This document shows positions 7,803 through 10,116 of a DNA stretch of 10,116 nt, one piece after another. Both the position numbers and the translations under genes were made by a program. The first letter of the stretch is position 1. Each line of letters begins with the position of its first letter. Location: contig JBQLZK010000120.1 of the NCBI GenBank assembly GCA_052168235.1, positions 1 through 10,116 on the forward strand, in the 5' to 3' direction. This stretch comes from Thainema sp. Lineage in GTDB: Bacteria; Cyanobacteriota; Cyanobacteriia; Phormidesmidales; Phormidesmidaceae. The notes beneath the pieces are model-generated. The model was not told the origin of the DNA. It worked only from the letters and a program-made list of their open reading frames with translations, and did no database searches.

Positions 7803-10094
7803 ATGACCCAGCCGTCACCGAAACCCAGTTTAGAAGAACGTTTAACCGATGCAGTTTTCAAGCTAGTTGTTGCTGGAAGTGGTGGCTATGCACTCTACAA
7901 CCTGTATTTAGAAGACATCCCGAAAGCGGCAATTTCTGGGCTAGTTGCGTTTGGCTTTGGTTTGGCAACCAATTTCGGCCAAGGATTGATGAATGCCTTG
8001 AGTAGCAGGATGAAACAGCGGGGTGAAGCTTCAGGCAAATTTATTGATCAGCAAATCGATCAAACCGTTGATAAGACGCTGACTCGGTTAACGGGGTTCC
8101 ATCGACAGTATTTAGAAGCGCTAAAAACTCACTGTCACAATCTTAGGGTGGAAGGCTATAAAGGGCGTTTGCCGCGATTGGTCTTGGAAGAAGTGTATGT
8201 GCCGCTGCGGGTTCATTCGGGGACGACGCGCAATGTTTCGCTGCAGCGTGGCAGTTTAGCCATTTGGGATTTGCTGCCCAAGATTCATCATGCCGATCAG
8301 AAGTTTCCAGAGCGATTGCTGGCGGTAATTGCCGATCCGGGCTTTGGCAAGACGACGCTGATGCGGTTTTTGACGCTGAGTTTTTCGAATCAGTCGCATC
8401 TGGAGCACAATGCCAAAGAGCTGATTCCAATTCTGCTGCTGTTTCGGGAGTTTTATCCGCGTATTCAGTCGGCCACCCAGCCAACGCTATCGCAGTTGAT
8501 TGTAGACGAGGTGCAAAAGTTACCCCGCTGCACGGAATTGCGTACATCTGAGCCGTGGTTTCGAGATCAGCTCATGCCGGGTAAGTGCTTGGTGATGCTG
8601 GATGGGCTGGATGAAGTACCGGAGGCTCAGCGAGAGCAGGTAAGTCAGTGGGCAAATTGGCAAATGCAGAACTATCCCAGCCAGTTTATTCTCACGTCAC
8701 GACCGCATGGTTATAACAGCGACCTGTTTGAAGGGGTGCAGCGGATTGACATTTTAGATTTCAACAATGACCAAAAGCGACAGTTTATTCATCAGTGGTA
8801 TCGCTTTATTACGTGGGAGTTTACGTGGAGGCGACATCTAGAAGATAGCCGCGCCCAAACTGAGCCCAAAAAGCACCTCTCAGCAGAACAGGTGAGGGCT
8901 GAAAGCGATGCAGAAGCTAAGGCAGCAGCAGCAAATCTTAATCGTCAACTGTTTGCAGATCGTAGTTTGATTGATTTGGCGAAGAATCCGCTGCTGATTA
9001 CAATTATTGCGGCGACTCATGAAGCAAGTGAGCAGTTGCCGAATCGGCGGGTGCATCTTTATCGGGAGATCTTCAAGCTGTTGCTGGAATATCGCCCGAA
9101 TCGGCGGGAAACGCGACTAACGATTCCTAATGCGGAAGATAATCAACTGATTTTGCAGAAGCTGGCGTTGGAACTGACGGAGTCTGGGAAGACGCAGTTT
9201 TCGCCGCAGCAAGGGGCAGATTGGATCGCACAGCGTTTGGCTGAGGTATATCCAAAAGAGGCGTTTACAGCTAAGCAGTTTTTGCAGGAAATTCAGCAGG
9301 TTTCAGGTTTGTTGGCTGGTGGCGAAGGCTATTTATATGAGTTCACCCACAAGACGTTTCAGGAATATTTAACTGCGGTGGAGCTAGGTGGCAGTCGGGT
9401 GGGATTCAGCAAGGTGATGGAGCATTTTGCGGATGAAAACTGGGAAGAGGTAGTTTACTTTTTTGTCACGCTGGGTGATCTAGAGCGAGCTACTAAGTTT
9501 ATTGAAAAGGCGCTGGAGAAACCGATCAATACATACACACTGGAATTAGCGTTGCGACTCGCAAATGAGAATGCACTGGTTGATGCGGAGTTGAAGCAAA
9601 GGTTGCTTGATGCTTTGCAGGAGCAAGAACCAGAATCAGTAGAAGTTCGCTTAGAGCAGCGATTTCAAACGTTAACCAAATTGAGCGAGACAACAGCGAT
9701 TTCAGATTTCATTACTTGGGGCGATTATCTGCTGTTCATGACTAGTCAGCTCAATGGACATTTTCATTCTCAAGCGGCTATTTACTCTATGCAAACTAGT
9801 CAAGAAATAGAGCCAGTTACAGATATTATCTGGGAAGATGCGCGGTGGTTTTGTGCGTGGTTGTCAACGCAGCCGAATCTGGCACCGGATGGTGGGGTAT
9901 ATGATTACCGATTGCCAACGGTTGAAGAATTAGAGGAATTGGCAAAATTGTCGCATGCCGTAGGGGCGAATGGCCATTCGCCCCTACCCAACATCGAATC
10001 ACCCCTGCAACCGTGGACAACCACACCCAATCGACTAGGTAATGCCCTACGTGTTGTACGGCCAGGGCTATTTCATTCTAAACAAGTAGCCTAA
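7803..10094 (+). CDS. NACHT-domain (STAND) NTPase with N-terminal hydrophobic helices and partial FGE-sulfatase-like C-terminal segment
   Basis: LEEVYVPLRV pre-NACHT motif, Walker A IADPGFGKTT, IPILLLFREF, Walker B LVMLDGLDEV, FILTSRP, NPLL, winged-helix FTHKTFQEYLTA, WEEV. C-terminal PVTDIIWEDARWFCAWLS...YRLPT. ATG at 7803 preferred over TTG at 7791. Confidence 0.92.
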   Translation: MTQPSPKPSLEERLTDAVFKLVVAGSGGYALYNLYLEDIPKAAISGLVAFGFGLATNFGQGLMNALSSRMKQRGEASGKFIDQQIDQTVDKTLTRLTGFHRQYLEALKTHCHNLRVEGYKGRLPRLVLEEVYVPLRVHSGTTRNVSLQRGSLAIWDLLPKIHHADQKFPERLLAVIADPGFGKTTLMRFLTLSFSNQSHLEHNAKELIPILLLFREFYPRIQSATQPTLSQLIVDEVQKLPRCTELRTSEPWFRDQLMPGKCLVMLDGLDEVPEAQREQVSQWANWQMQNYPSQFILTSRPHGYNSDLFEGVQRIDILDFNNDQKRQFIHQWYRFITWEFTWRRHLEDSRAQTEPKKHLSAEQVRAESDAEAKAAAANLNRQLFADRSLIDLAKNPLLITIIAATHEASEQLPNRRVHLYREIFKLLLEYRPNRRETRLTIPNAEDNQLILQKLALELTESGKTQFSPQQGADWIAQRLAEVYPKEAFTAKQFLQEIQQVSGLLAGGEGYLYEFTHKTFQEYLTAVELGGSRVGFSKVMEHFADENWEEVVYFFVTLGDLERATKFIEKALEKPINTYTLELALRLANENALVDAELKQRLLDALQEQEPESVEVRLEQRFQTLTKLSETTAISDFITWGDYLLFMTSQLNGHFHSQAAIYSMQTSQEIEPVTDIIWEDARWFCAWLSTQPNLAPDGGVYDYRLPTVEELEELAKLSHAVGANGHSPLPNIESPLQPWTTTPNRLGNALRVVRPGLFHSKQVA
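9960..9987. repeat. Perfect 28-bp GTAG-type REP palindrome inside the NACHT gene
   Basis: GTAGGGGCGAATGG|CCATTCGCCCCTAC. Encodes VGANGHSPL on both strands, also visible in ORF 9826..10026(-). Confidence 0.9.
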
Positions 10095-10116
10095 TATGGG
10101 ATCGAAGCTGACGCTC

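Noticed and set aside
8143..8551. Overlapping ORFs across the NACHT P-loop
   Set aside because: Shadows of the conserved NACHT core.
9826..10026. 66-aa antisense ORF sharing VGANGHSPL with the NACHT protein
   Set aside because: The shared peptide is an artefact of the perfect DNA palindrome.
9810..10094. DGR variable region in the CLec-like C-terminus
   Set aside because: No template repeat or reverse transcriptase in the window; cannot be supported here.

Overview
Cyanobacterial chromosomal segment, judged from 8 HIP1 GCGATCGC sites, typical cyanobacterial dispersed repeats, and DUF2993 and DnaJ-TPR genes. Gene order: small membrane ORF (-), DUF2993/LmeA-like (+), a nested inverted-repeat/MITE-like element, hypothetical membrane protein (-), mutS (-), a hairpin and a second MITE-like element, DUF427 (-), heptamer and polypyrimidine repeats, a J-domain/TPR/multi-TM protein (+), a 63-aa membrane protein (+) with terminator, and a NACHT (STAND) NTPase (+). 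The NACHT protein has N-terminal hydrophobic helices and a partial FGE-sulfatase-like C-terminus. Most notable: the HIP1-free NACHT gene as a candidate NLR-like defence or signalling protein; two different GTAG-type REP palindromes embedded in-frame in protein-coding genes (mutS and the NACHT gene); and a high density of distinct small palindromic elements. No transposase, CRISPR array or RNA gene was recognised. All domain calls come from reading motifs by eye, not from database searches.
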